Part shown: positions 23,270 through 34,919 of the stretch, one piece after another | Position numbering within the stretch: the first letter of the stretch is position 1 | Layout: each line of letters opens with the position of its first letter | Assembly: GCF_000002865.3 (NCBI RefSeq) | Contig: NW_001865081.1 | Location: 109,027-144,638 of the forward strand | Length of the DNA: 35,612 bases | Direction of reading: 5' to 3' | DNA from: Monosiga brevicollis MX1 | Taxonomy: Eukaryota | Translations under genes and position numbers: made by a program | The notes under the pieces: generated by a model | What the model was told of the DNA's origin: nothing | Databases searched by the model: none | The model's input: only the letters and a program-made list of their open reading frames with translations

Positions 23270-23319
23270 NNNNNNNNNNNNNNNNNNNNNNNNNNNNNNN
23301 NNNNNNNNNNNNNNNNNNN
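23270..23319. other. Assembly gap
   Basis: N run. Confidence 1.
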
Positions 23320-23911
23320 GACATGTGAATACGGAGACCGCGGCGGAGATGATACAATCACACCTTTTCTGCTTCCTTGTGTTACTTGTGTGTGTGTGTG
23401 TGGGCGTTGTGAGCCTTGATGATCTCAACGGCCATCCCGTCCCCGCACGTCCTCCGTCGAGTCAAAAGGACAAAAAAAAGAGCCGCAGCGCGTGCGTGAA
23501 CCTGCATGCACGCATGGATAGCCGTGCGTGTGTGCAAGGTGCGTTGGGGGAGTCAACTTGCATGTATGCACCTGATTGTGGTGCTTTCGTGCAGGCGTGA
23601 AAACCCTCAGGGCGTGGTGGTCGGACTGTTACCATGTCGGGGGGTCCTCGGATAAGGTCTGATGCTCGTCTGTGATGTGTGATGTGCTCGTGCAAGAGGG
23701 GGTGTGAGCTAACTACATGTATGGCGTTCTCATAGCTCGGTTGAATTCTCAGGGTCGATTATCAACGCTCAGGGCTGATTTGACGTGAGGGCGTGACTGC
23801 CTCTTTTGGTCGTAGTACATCATACTGTGCATGCCATCGTATTGGCACTCTGGCACAGGCGGGTTGCACTGGGTGGTGCCGGGGACTGACTGTCGCGAGG
23901 CGCTGCCGTTC

Positions 23912-24115
<204 letters not shown>

Positions 24116-24120
24116 TGTAG

Positions 24121-27100
24121 GCAGCCTTTCAAGAGTGCTTGTCCACCAATGTCTGGAAACGCGACGTCAAGCTTGGCAACGACGTGGTCGTCGTCCTCCG
24201 CAACAAGCTCTCCTACGTCCTTTACCAAGCTGGCTCCCCAGAACCCAAGGTAGGCTCACAGCACCCGTTGCGCAGCACTCGACCCATGCGAGCTCCAACC
24301 TCTGGTCCACGTGACCAGCCCTTATCCCGTCGCCAACGTCCTTCAGATTGTCAAGCGAGGATGTGAAGACAACTTTGATCAAGGTAAGGTTCACACCCCA
24401 AAAGTGTCTTGGAAAAAAAAAAAAAAAAGCTGACAGCCCAACACGAACTCACGGCCGCGCTCACATCCGATTTTGATTGGCACAGGTGAAGATCTGGCCG
24501 AGCCCATCGACCACCTGATCCTTGTCGTTAGCGGACCCGTCCCAGAACATCCCAACCTGGCCCGTCTCGGCTTTCGTGCCTCCAGTGATACGGTTCGGAT
24601 CCCGCTTCCTCCATTTGTGTTCAGTCAATCTGCCATGTCCTGCGAAACGACCTTACCATGCAAGTGCCGTTTAGGTCGGCTCGCTGGTGGATGCCGTTGA
24701 TGCCATGCGATACAACCGTCGCGAACTCATCGCTTCGCATTTTGAAAGTAAGCCGCAATCCCCAAGTACCCGTGTCTCCCTCGTCCGCGCACCTGCCGCC
24801 TTCATGATCATGTCCGATGTACTTCCACGCCAGTGACAACGGATAGCAAGAGCACGGGTCGAGTCGAACTGCTACCGGTCATCTGGCAACACGACATGGC
24901 CGCCGTCCGTGACGCCACCGAGTACGCACCAGCCCATGACCATTCACCTTGAGACGCACCCAGACTTTGTTTTTACAAGCCCCTCTTTGCTTTGTCGCGC
25001 TCAGGATCATGAACATGCTCTCGCTCCCCACGGCTGTGCGCATCCGCCATTTTCTCAAAGAGGCCCTCCTTGACGCCGTCACCTATGCCGTCGAGGTGTG
25101 TCACGCCCCATCTGCTTATGAAGCCATCCCTCAAGTTGAGGCACGCAAATGCTCGGGTTGCACAATCGCTCACACAATGTTCTCGGCGCATCTTTGATTC
25201 TCCAGCGCCAAGCTTGCGTCGATAAAGTGGCTGCAGCAGTGGCCGAGACCATCCACCGCTTCCGTGCCAACAATCCCGCCTTTACCGGCTCCGTCAACGT
25301 CATGGGTCATGGCCTAGGCGGGGTGGCCATGTTTGATCTTCTCGCAGCTCAAGGTGCGCCAAGGTGTTTAGATGCCAGCCATGAGAAGGCCGATGCATAC
25401 AACCTCATCCATTATTGCGCGAAATAACAACGTGTGGGCGTGTCAGGTCAAGAGAACAAGACCGAGGTGGCTGCAGTGGATGCCGCAGTTGTGGGCGATG
25501 ACGCAACCCCTGCTCCGATTGAGACAGACCCCAGCACGGAGGAGGAAGCCGTGCAGCTCCCTGCTCACCTGGCGGACGATGTGACGCTCGAGGCCCTGCT
25601 GAAAGAACACGAATTTGAGGATCTGTTGCCCCAGCTCCAGGAGGAGGGCATTGACCTCGAGTCGTTTGCCCAGCTCAACACTACTGATATGAAGGACCTG
25701 GGGCTGAACATGGGTCGTCGCAAGAAACTGGAAAAGGGTGAGCGGCTCATCTTTCCGCAAATGGGCCGTGTGGCCCACTCGTTCGTGTTGGTTTCTTGGC
25801 TGCTCTGGCCGGCTGCCTCATCCTGACCATATTGTCCCCCCCTCCTTTCCCAAATGTGATAGTGGTTGAAGACTTTGCGCAACGACAGGCCCAGAAGGAG
25901 GCCTATTTGGTATGTAGTCGAGGCGTCTGAGTGCGTCGCCGACGTTGTTTTGTTTGCGCGCATGATCAAATCCTTGTGTCGGTATTCGTGACCGATGGAC
26001 AGGCACTCGCAGTTTCATTTCGATGGTCATAATAGGAAAAAGCCCGTCAGGCGGCACTGGTGCAGCAGCAGGAACGAGCCTTGCAGCAGCGTCGGGCTCA
26101 GGCGGAGGCCGCAGAAGCCAAGGCCAAGGTGCGCATCTCCTTTCTTCTTGTTCATATAGTGTCATGCTACTTTGTTATCTGGCTCATTGACTTTGCTGTG
26201 GTTGCGGTGAGCTTTGTAGGCCGCTGCAGCCAAGTTGCAGCAGGCGCAGCGAGAGGCCCACACGGTCCAATTTCCTGTTTTGGAAGAGCAACTGGCCGCG
26301 CTCTTTCTGTGTGGTGCTCCCGTTGGTGCGTATGCCTCATATGGGATGCCTCAAACTGACCAAGGCTTGGCACTGCGCTCACATTATGGTGCGTGTCTGG
26401 GGGTGTGAATAGGCTGGGCCCTTGCACAGCGTGTGGCGGCTGACCTGACAGCCGAGAGTCGATTGAAGACGTGCGAGCGTGTGTACAATGTGTTTCATCC
26501 ATACGACCCAATGGCATATCGCTTGGAGCCGCTGGTCGACGAGACCATGGTCGAGCTTCCCCCAGCACAAGTGGCGCACGCCAATCGTTCTGGCCGACGA
26601 CTGCACAAGGGTGTGTCCTTGCCTTGTGCGCGTTTCTGTTTGTTTTGAATTTGGGGTTTGTTTGTTTTTTGTGGAACACTTTCTACATGACCCATGCTTG
26701 GCTCGAGTCGAGCCAGATTTTCAATCGGTCTCACTTGATGCCCCACTGGCACCACGGTGTCGATGCTGTCGGTAGAACTGCAAACATACCTGCGTGGTGC
26801 GGGACGCGACCTACGCCAAGAGTTGACATCCTTTGCGGGCAGTGCCGTGACGTCCTTTAGCGAAGCCCTGCGCAAGCGCACCGGCAAAGGTAAGCACAAG
26901 ACTGGTCATACTTGCGGGAGCTAAGCGATTGGACCAGGGAAAGCTTGGGGTGGGCTGACAGCCTTGACGTGTATACGTTTGGCCGGGGTGGCATGCTTAG
27001 GCTTGGAGGACTACGGTGTCAACGCCAGCAACTTGAAGCAACTCGTGTCCAGCACTGGTTAGTCGAGATGCGCACTGCCTTGCTATGTGGGCCGAATTCG

Positions 27101-27357
27101 AACCGTTGGTGTGGGATGCCTGCTTGTTGTGGATGATCAGACGTTGTGGGTGCGTAGATACAAGCATGCTGGCAGAAGATGGGTCCACAAGGAGCGTTTC
27201 GCAGCTGAATCCCGAGCGGCGGCTGGACTACATGCTTCAGGAAGCGCCAACCGAGGCAGTGTCGCAATCCCTCTTTGCCTTGGATGCTCACACGGCGTAT
27301 TGGAACTCGGAGGATATCGTGCTGTTTATGCTCGAGAACGTTTACGGCCATGAATAA
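24121..27357 (+). CDS. SEC23IP/DDHD2-like intracellular phospholipase A1 family protein with SAM and DDHD domains; 5' exons unresolved; catalytic Ser absent
   Basis: Spliced exons give IVKRG, IDHLILVVSG, GRVELLPVIW, RIRHFLKEALLD, FRANNPAFTGSVNVMGHGLGGVAMFDLL, a SAM domain (LQEEGIDLESFAQLNTTDMKDLGLNMGRRKKL), YNVFHPYDPMAYRLEPL and RRLDYMLQE...AHTAYWNSED. These occur in the same order as in SEC23IP/DDHD2. Confidence 0.88.
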
Positions 27358-27634
27358 AGGCCTTGAATTTTACAGTAAATTGGTTGGCGGTGACATGAGA
27401 TGCTTGCTTCTGAGCTTTCGTTTGTTTTATGGCTTTGTCTGCACCTGATTGGCTGCATCTTCAGAGCATTGATGTTGTAAACGGCACCGTGTCGGTGGCC
27501 CTTATAATTTTCAAAGTTTTCAAATGAGAGGACAAAATTTGAACGTGGGAAGGCTCACAAGTCAACCTCGCGCGTGTTTGTGTGCCTTGCAAGACCTTGG
27601 CAGACTGTCAGGCCTTATGCGCCTTTGACTACCG

Positions 27635-28130
27635 TCGTCTCTTCTTGTTGTAGGCCTGCGCTTGGACACACGTCGCACTTTCCCTGATTCTAGAGCTATT
27701 CCAACGGTGTGCCTGGTCTGGTCACTGTGAATATTTTCCAACCGCAGTTGGTACGATCGACCTCAGAAAAATCTTGTTCCGTCCCGACAAACGCCGGTTG
27801 AATCCCTCGAAAAAAGTTTTTTTTTTTTTTTTTTGACCGCCTCTACAGTCGTCGAGGTATCAAGGCAACCGTGTGCTGGAAGCAGTCATGAAACTCAGGA
27901 TTCCGAGAGACCGTTGTCGTCGATACAGTGCTCCAATGATTGCCTGAATGGCTTATGATGATGCCTGGGCAGCTGCCCTGGGGTGATAAGCTTGTCACTA
28001 CTGTTGTTTCCTTTGTTGTGACACCTGCGGTCGGGCACGGGTTGCACTTTCCCCATCCTCGGGCTTGAGCGGTGCACCTGGTCTGGTCACTGTGGATGCT
28101 TGCCAACCGCGGCTGGTTCAATTGACTTCA
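27635..28130 (+). repeat. Diverged direct repeat pair of about 130 bp (about 27635-27765 and 28005-28130)
   Basis: ggtgtgcctggtctggtcactgtgaatattttccaaccgcagttggt versus ggtgcacctggtctggtcactgtggatgcttgccaaccgcggctggt; both are preceded by ttgttgt...cctgcg...gcactttccc. Confidence 0.7.
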
Positions 28131-29278
28131 AGAGGCCGATCTCCCTTTCTGCTTCTGGCAGGGGTGTTGAATGATGTGGGCGCTCTGAGGGGATCAAGGC
28201 GTCGACGGTCGGGCTTTCCGACTACAGAAGGGGTCAAAAACTGGCATGCGCCGCACCGTGCCCCATCTTCAAACCTCCTCTTCGTCGTGGCCAGAGCGCG
28301 CCTTGCCTCCCTCTGCACCTTACCATCTCGCTTCCCATGCAAACCTCAACCCGCGTCCAAAGGGAACGAGCAGCATCATTGGCCCTTTTTTCATCGCTTC
28401 CAATGACTGCCACGGCAATGAACCTAAAGCTGACTGGCTCGCCGTCAGGAATGGTCGCTCGCATCCGGGCAAGGAGATGAGATTGATATGACTGGAGAGG
28501 CAGTTAGCCAAACGGGCTTGTCAAGCCATGGCACAGTACACGTTGTACGTACAGGCCCCAGATATGTGGTGCTCTAGAAGCTGCTCGTAACAGGCGAGCT
28601 GTCATGCCAGGCAAAGGGGCAGTCCACGTTGGTACGGACACAAGCTTGACGGCGCTTTGGAACATTTGCTTGTAAGACTGTTGTTGTTTTGACTTTTTCT
28701 CCGAAAATAAAAAATTAAAAAAGAAGAAAAAAGGTGTAAACGTGTGTGTGTGTGTTCTTCGCATTTTTCTCGTTCTTTGGCTTTTGCCATTTGCCTTTGA
28801 CTTCTTCTTCTTCTTCCCCTCTTTGGCATCGGTCTCGATCTCGATATCAGCTGACTTGACGTGTCTTGCTTTGTGTGTGTGTGTGTGTGTGACGACTGAT
28901 CGCTTGTGCTTGGTACGCTTTCCTGGTTGGGGCCTCAGAACGTTTTGATTGAAAGCACTGCTGCCATTTGTTTTGCTTTCAACTGAAGTTGGCCTCACTG
29001 ATCTTGCCTCGCAGTCGACAACGTGCGGTTGGGCAACCAAGTCCACCGGTCCTCGCAACTGTCAACCAAGTTATTTTTTTCCAGGTGAGTCGTTTGTTGC
29101 ATCAGGCAGAGAAGAGCAAAGAGCCCGCTGACCGGCTGCCGTTTTGGAAACGGCGCTGTTGGATCCCAGTCCGAATTCTGGGTTGTCAGACGAGTTGTAC
29201 TTGGAGGGGGCTCATGAGATTGGAGAAGCAAGCAAAGCGGTTTGAAGTGGATGGTGAATAGAGAGAGATACCGTTACC

Positions 29279-32200
29279 ATGAGTGATGATGGAGAGCAGC
29301 TGTGGATGGCGTGTTGTTCATCAGATCCACAAAAGGCGCTGCAGCTGGTGACCAGTTGGGACCAACAACGCATTCGAGATGCTGCCCAATACAAAGATAG
29401 GGTACGTATGCTGTTTGATATGATGTTGTGTGCTATTGGTTACACTTTGAAAGTGTCACTGGATGGGGTGACGTTATGGTATAACATGGGACATATACTG
29501 CATGTTTGCATCCTCCCACAGGATGGCTATACACCACTGCACTGGGCCTGCCTTTACGGTCATGTCAAGGTGGTGGAGATGCTGTTGAAGCACGGTGCTG
29601 ATGCTAAAGCCAAGTCCAGCGTCAGTACAGTACCTCCCTCTTCCCCCCCTTTAACCCCCCTATGATGGTGCACCTGTACCCCATGATGATGATGATGATG
29701 ATGACTGCTGTACCTGTACGTCATGCTGATGCATCATCCCACAGTATGGCTATACACCACTGCACTATGCCTGCCGTAAGGGTGATGTCAAGGTGGTGGA
29801 GATGCTGTTGAAGCACGGTGCTGATACTGAAGCCAAGAACAGGGTCAGTACAGTACCTCCCTCTTCTCCCCTTTACCCCTCTATGATGGTGCACCCGTAC
29901 CCCATGATGATGATGATGATGATGATGATGCTGTACCTGTACGTCATGCTGATGCATCATCCCACAGTTTGGCGAAACACCACTGCACGAGGCCTGCGGT
30001 AACGGTTATGTCAAGGTGGTGGAGATGCTGTTGAAGCACGGTGCTGATGCTAAAGCCAAGAAAAACGTCAGTACAGTACCTCCCTCTTCCCCCCCTTTAC
30101 CCCTCTGACTGCTGCTCCTGCTCCCGCTGCCCCGTCGCCTTTGCCCCCGTCCCTCCTCTCCGCTACACCCTGCCCACCCGTGCGCGCCCGTTCTCCACCC
30201 CTGGCTCCTTTGCTTCTTTCCCGCTATCCCTCTTCTTCCCCCGTTTTGCGTCCGCCCGTTGTCGGTGCTCCCCGCGCCCCACTTGTCTCTTCCGCCTGCC
30301 GTTTTCGCTCTCCCCTTTTTCTGATCCATCCCCAACCCCTTGCCATCACGCCTCTGCCTCCCTCGCTCGCCCAAGCGGCTCTCGGTGACCGTGCCTTGAC
30401 TTTTGCCCCCGGCACACGCGCCGTATCCTTTTTTTTTTTTCCTCTCTCCAAGCACGCCTCCGTTCGGACCCCTGCTACCTGCCCGCACCATTTGCACACC
30501 ACTCGCGCGTCTGGCGTCTTCGGCCCACTTCAAAGCATTGTCACCTCGCCTTTGTTATGAGAAAGCAAATGCACGTCGCCCAACTCAACCCTCGCGTCGT
30601 TGCCCACCTCACACGCTTCAACCACATGTTTTCAGAGTGGCAAAACGCCCCTCGATGTCGGACGTCAAGAAGGACATGGTGACAAGCTGGAACCCGTGTT
30701 TGCTGCCCACGAGGCTCACCTATCACAACCACCCGCGCCCCTCGCTCCGCCTGCACCTATCACTCCGCCCACGCCGGCACCGCCCCCCGCCTGGCTGCCG
30801 CCTCTGCCCACCACCCCCACCCTCGAGGTGAGCCTGCTCCCCCATCTTGTTTTCCCAATGCATTTGCCACCCCAATCCCCACGGCCTCACCCAACCTAAT
30901 CACGACCAATGGCACCACACAACCCTCCATCAGACCACGGCCTCTGTTGTGGTGGCGGTGGATACTTGGCTTAGGCCCCTCTTGCCTANNNNNNNNNNNN
31001 NNNNNNNNNNNNNNNNNNNNNNNNNNNNNNNNNNNNNNNNNNNNNNNNNNNNNNNNNNNNNNNNNNNNNNNNNNNNNNNNNNNNNNNNNNNNNNNNNNNN
31101 NNNNNNNNNNNNNNNNNNNNNNNNNNNNNNNNNNNNNNNNNNNNNNNNNNNNNNNNGTCAAACAAAACCCCAATCTTGCAACGGTCGTTGCTTCAATCCG
31201 CAAAAACATCGATGAAGCTCGACCAGAGTTTCCCGTCATGAATTGGGCTGCCTTCCAGACGACTACCACCCAGGCTCTCAACACACTCGACCAGGCACTG
31301 GCAGCGCCCGAAGCGTTAAGCAACCGCTTGAAGCAATTGGACCCCAACACTGACAACCTAGAATCAGTGCTGCAAGAGCTGCACGGTGTCACTGCTGGTT
31401 TTGAGCTGCAGCCGGTGCTTCTCGAGCTTCAGGACATGCTGGCAGCGTGCCCCGCTCCACCCACCACGCCAGTGATCGCGCCCAAGAAGCCACCCACCGA
31501 CCTAGCAGCGGCCCTGAGCAAAGTCATCGTTCTGAGCGGCGTGGAACCCAAGCGTCAGGAGCTGCTCACCAGCGCCAACAGCGACCTCAAGCGCCTGGTG
31601 CTGGCCTTGATCGATGCCCTGGGCGCCGTGGCAAAAGCGGGAACAACCGACACAATTCATCGCGTGGAAACGCTACGGCAGTGCGCACAATGCGTGAATG
31701 CAAGTGCACCGCCTCCAGCCGAGACATTGCCCGAAGCCTGGGAGGAGCTGTGCCAAGCTCACGAGAAGCTGAGCCTGCTCGAGCAAAATGGTCTTGAGCA
31801 AATTTCTCAGTGGCAACCACCTCCAGACTACGAGCATCAGAATTGGTACTTGGCGTTTGTGCACCACGAGTCGCAAGCTCTGCTGCAGCAGTTACAAGAC
31901 ATGATCGACTGGCAGGCCACGACGCTCTCCATGTTGGACTCGTGCATGAGGCACGTGGACAGCTTGACCCAAGGCGTCGATGATGAATCGGTTGCTGCCC
32001 ACGAGGAACTGACCAAGGTGGAGAAAGAGATGCAAGGTATCAGTGCGGCGTTGCAGCTGGTGCCTGAAGATATGCGTCCAAGCCTCGAACACAAGCTCCA
32101 AGAGAAGAAGGAACGGCTGGATATCTTGCGACAACAGTTATCAGATCAGCCACACGTGGACCACGTCGCAGAGCTCGCCCAGCTGCTGCATCAGCACTTT

Positions 32201-34129
32201 CCAGCGCTGCTGGTTTTTCTGCACCCTGAACAGAGCACGATGGGAGCGCGCCTCCGCACTGTGCTTGGGCCCGACCTTCCAGCTAGCCTGATCTTGGAGG
32301 CCATGACCGAAGTAGACCAGGGTTTGACGCTCTCCAGCCTGGGCCAGCTCTCTCTCCAATACAACCAAAATCACAAGGTGTACAAAGCCCGCGCAGCACT
32401 GCCGAATCTTCCTGAGCAAGATTTGGCTGTGAAGGAGTATGCACTTGCTGAGCAACACAAACAAGATCAGTGTCGGACGTTTCTCCGCGAACTGCGCGCC
32501 ATGCGCCAGCTTGAGCACCCTCACATCATTCCGGTCCTTGGCGCGCTCGTGGACGTACACAGTGGCCACCCCAGCGCCTACTTGGTGCAGCCATGGTGTA
32601 CCCAGGGGGATCTGCAGCAGTGGCTCGGTAGGGCGCGCCATCTGGCCACCTCGACCGTGGTTGCGGGTCTGATGACCCAGTTGCGCACGGCCCTGGCGTT
32701 TATGCATAGCAAGGGCCTGGTGCATCGGGATGTCAAGCTGAGCAACGTCATGCTGGATGGCGAGGAGGACCAACCTGTTGTGCGGCTCGGTGATTTCGAC
32801 ATTGCCAAGGCTGCCGCTGAAGCCACCATGCTACCATGCACGGCCACCGCATCGTCGGGCACGGCAGGCTATGTAGCACCGGAGGTGCTATTTGGAATGG
32901 GTCGTGTGGGCGCACGCCCGGCACAGGATGCCTTTTCCTTTGGCTGCGTTCTCTACAACACGTACATGTTCCCACAAACGGTGCCACCTGCTCACCCACG
33001 AGTTGATGAGGTTGTGGATCGATGCAGCTGGAGCATACGAGCAGGAGAGTCTGACTGCGACTTTACGCACTTGGCAACTGAGGTGAGCGATAGTGCGATA
33101 CCTATTGACCCACAACGAAGAACCAACCGCACCTCTCGTGTGGAAACTTACTTTGGTTTCTCTGATGCAGATGTGCGATTCGTCGAGTAATTTGTACAAG
33201 GAAACGCGAGCCTTGCTTGCAACAGATCCAAAGCAACGGCCAAGCCTTTTCAGCGCCAAGCAGATTTCGCAGCAGCCTGTCTTGGCCCAAGTCGGGCCAG
33301 CCATTGATGTCTTGCGCGACGCGCCCGAGCTCATGTCAGAGGTGCGTCGCTTGCGTTTTTTGTGCTTTTGTTTTCTCTCTCTCTCTCTCTCTTCCGCGAA
33401 TCGTCTGATTTGAACCTATTGGGTGGCTAGGTGGGTGAGCTACTGAAGCAGCTGAACACCGATGGGCGGGGGCCAGCGAATATCACAGTGCAACGGGTAG
33501 ATCGCGTGCACAACCCCGTGCTGTGGGAGCGCTACAGCGCCAAGCGACGCGAGATGTTGCATCGTATCAAAAATCAAGAGCACTATGATCAACTCCAAAC
33601 GGCCACATCGGATGCGCCCTCGGGCTCTCCAGCTCTGCTTCGCGATACATCCTGTCAAGAGCGCCTGTTGCTCCACGGCATCGGCCCTGACACAATGTTG
33701 CGCGACAAGATTGTGCGCCTGGGCCTTGACTATCGCTTTGCCGGCAACAGTGCCGGCCACCGATTTGGTCTCGGTGTTTACTTGGCGGACCATCCCGGCA
33801 AGGTAGGGCAGCGCTGGCTGTCAATCTCGCCTGTTTACCCAAGTGCTGTGGTGCTGACGCAATGTGCTTACACTTGATCTCAGAGTCATCAGTACGCCGG
33901 TGCCGGACCCAACGGCGAACGAATGCTCGTCATCACGCGAGCACTCCTGGGCCATGCCCATGTCCATCCATCGCCTCCTTCTGGTGCGCTGGCACCTCCG
34001 CTCCTGCCCAATGCGCCCAACAACGAGCGGTGCGTCGGACAACATCGACCATCTGTTGCATGTTGTCTCTGTCCGCCTCCTGATCTGACTGTTATGTTGC
34101 GCCGGCCATTTTACTTTTGCAGGTATGAC
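29279..34129 (+). CDS. Ankyrin repeat / Pro-rich / coiled-coil / Ser-Thr-type protein kinase / PARP catalytic domain fusion; 3' end lies in a gap
   Basis: Exons: 29279-29401, 29522-29620, 29745-29843, 29968-30066, 30636-30827, gap-33082, 33171-33341, 33431-33802, 33884-34029, 34123-gap. Ankyrin: GxTPLHx[16 protein letters not shown]. Kinase: [85 protein letters not shown]. The kinase-PARP join is directly in frame; the ankyrin-kinase join crosses a 168-nt gap. Confidence 0.85.
29512..30106 (+). repeat. Tandem 223-bp cassettes (99-bp ankyrin exon plus 124-bp intron containing (GAT)n)
   Basis: Exon starts at 29522, 29745 and 29968; each following intron begins gtcagtacagtacctccctcttc; acceptors end cccacag. 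Confidence 0.95.
30989..31156. other. Assembly gap inside gene 5
   Basis: N run. Confidence 1.
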
Positions 34130-34512
34130 NNNNNNNNNNNNNNNNNNNNNNNNNNNNNNNNNNNNNNNNNNNNNNNNNNNNNNNNNNNNNNNNNNNNNNN
34201 NNNNNNNNNNNNNNNNNNNNNNNNNNNNNNNNNNNNNNNNNNNNNNNNNNNNNNNNNNNNNNNNNNNNNNNNNNNNNNNNNNNNNNNNNNNNNNNNNNNN
34301 NNNNNNNNNNNNNNNNNNNNNNNNNNNNNNNNNNNNNNNNNNNNNNNNNNNNNNNNNNNNNNNNNNNNNNNNNNNNNNNNNNNNNNNNNNNNNNNNNNNN
34401 NNNNNNNNNNNNNNNNNNNNNNNNNNNNNNNNNNNNNNNNNNNNNNNNNNNNNNNNNNNNNNNNNNNNNNNNNNNNNNNNNNNNNNNNNNNNNNNNNNNN
34501 NNNNNNNNNNNN
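34130..34512. other. Assembly gap covering the PARP C-terminus
   Basis: N run. Confidence 1.
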
Positions 34513-34919
34513 TTTCACATGCTGTGTAGCCTGACTGCTGGCTGTCTCTGAATAAACGGCATACCTTTCCATACATGGATCAGGAAATCAGCATGCTGAT
34601 TCTCATCTATTTGCTGCTGAGCAATCTTCTGGAGCACAGGCTGAGCAGCTGGCTGGAGAAGCGGGGCAGGCTGGACACGCCCGACGACTATGCTGTATTT
34701 CGTCGACAAACGACAACGTACCTGTATCGGCCAACGCTTGGGGTACGCCGCGACCTTCTGGACGACGGCGGTTGTAATCCATCGACTCTTGGCCGAGACG
34801 ACCAGCGCCCTTGGCAGCCTATTCCACGATCAAGCTTGGCACTCTGGAGACACGGCCGAGCAAATGACCATGTGCAAACCAAGGTATCGTCTCGACTGAT
34901 GCATTTATTGTGTGGCTAG

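Noticed and set aside
29721..30002. Poly-His and poly-Met ORFs
   Set aside because: Translations of the intronic (GAT)n tract.
29279..34129. Calling gene 5 tankyrase
   Set aside because: It has only about 4-5 ankyrin repeats, no SAM domain and an intervening kinase. The SAM domain in this window belongs to the DDHD gene.
34690..34899. RTCIGQRLG resembling the cytochrome P450 heme motif
   Set aside because: It lacks the FxxG part of FxxGxRxCxG and any other P450 motif; probably chance.
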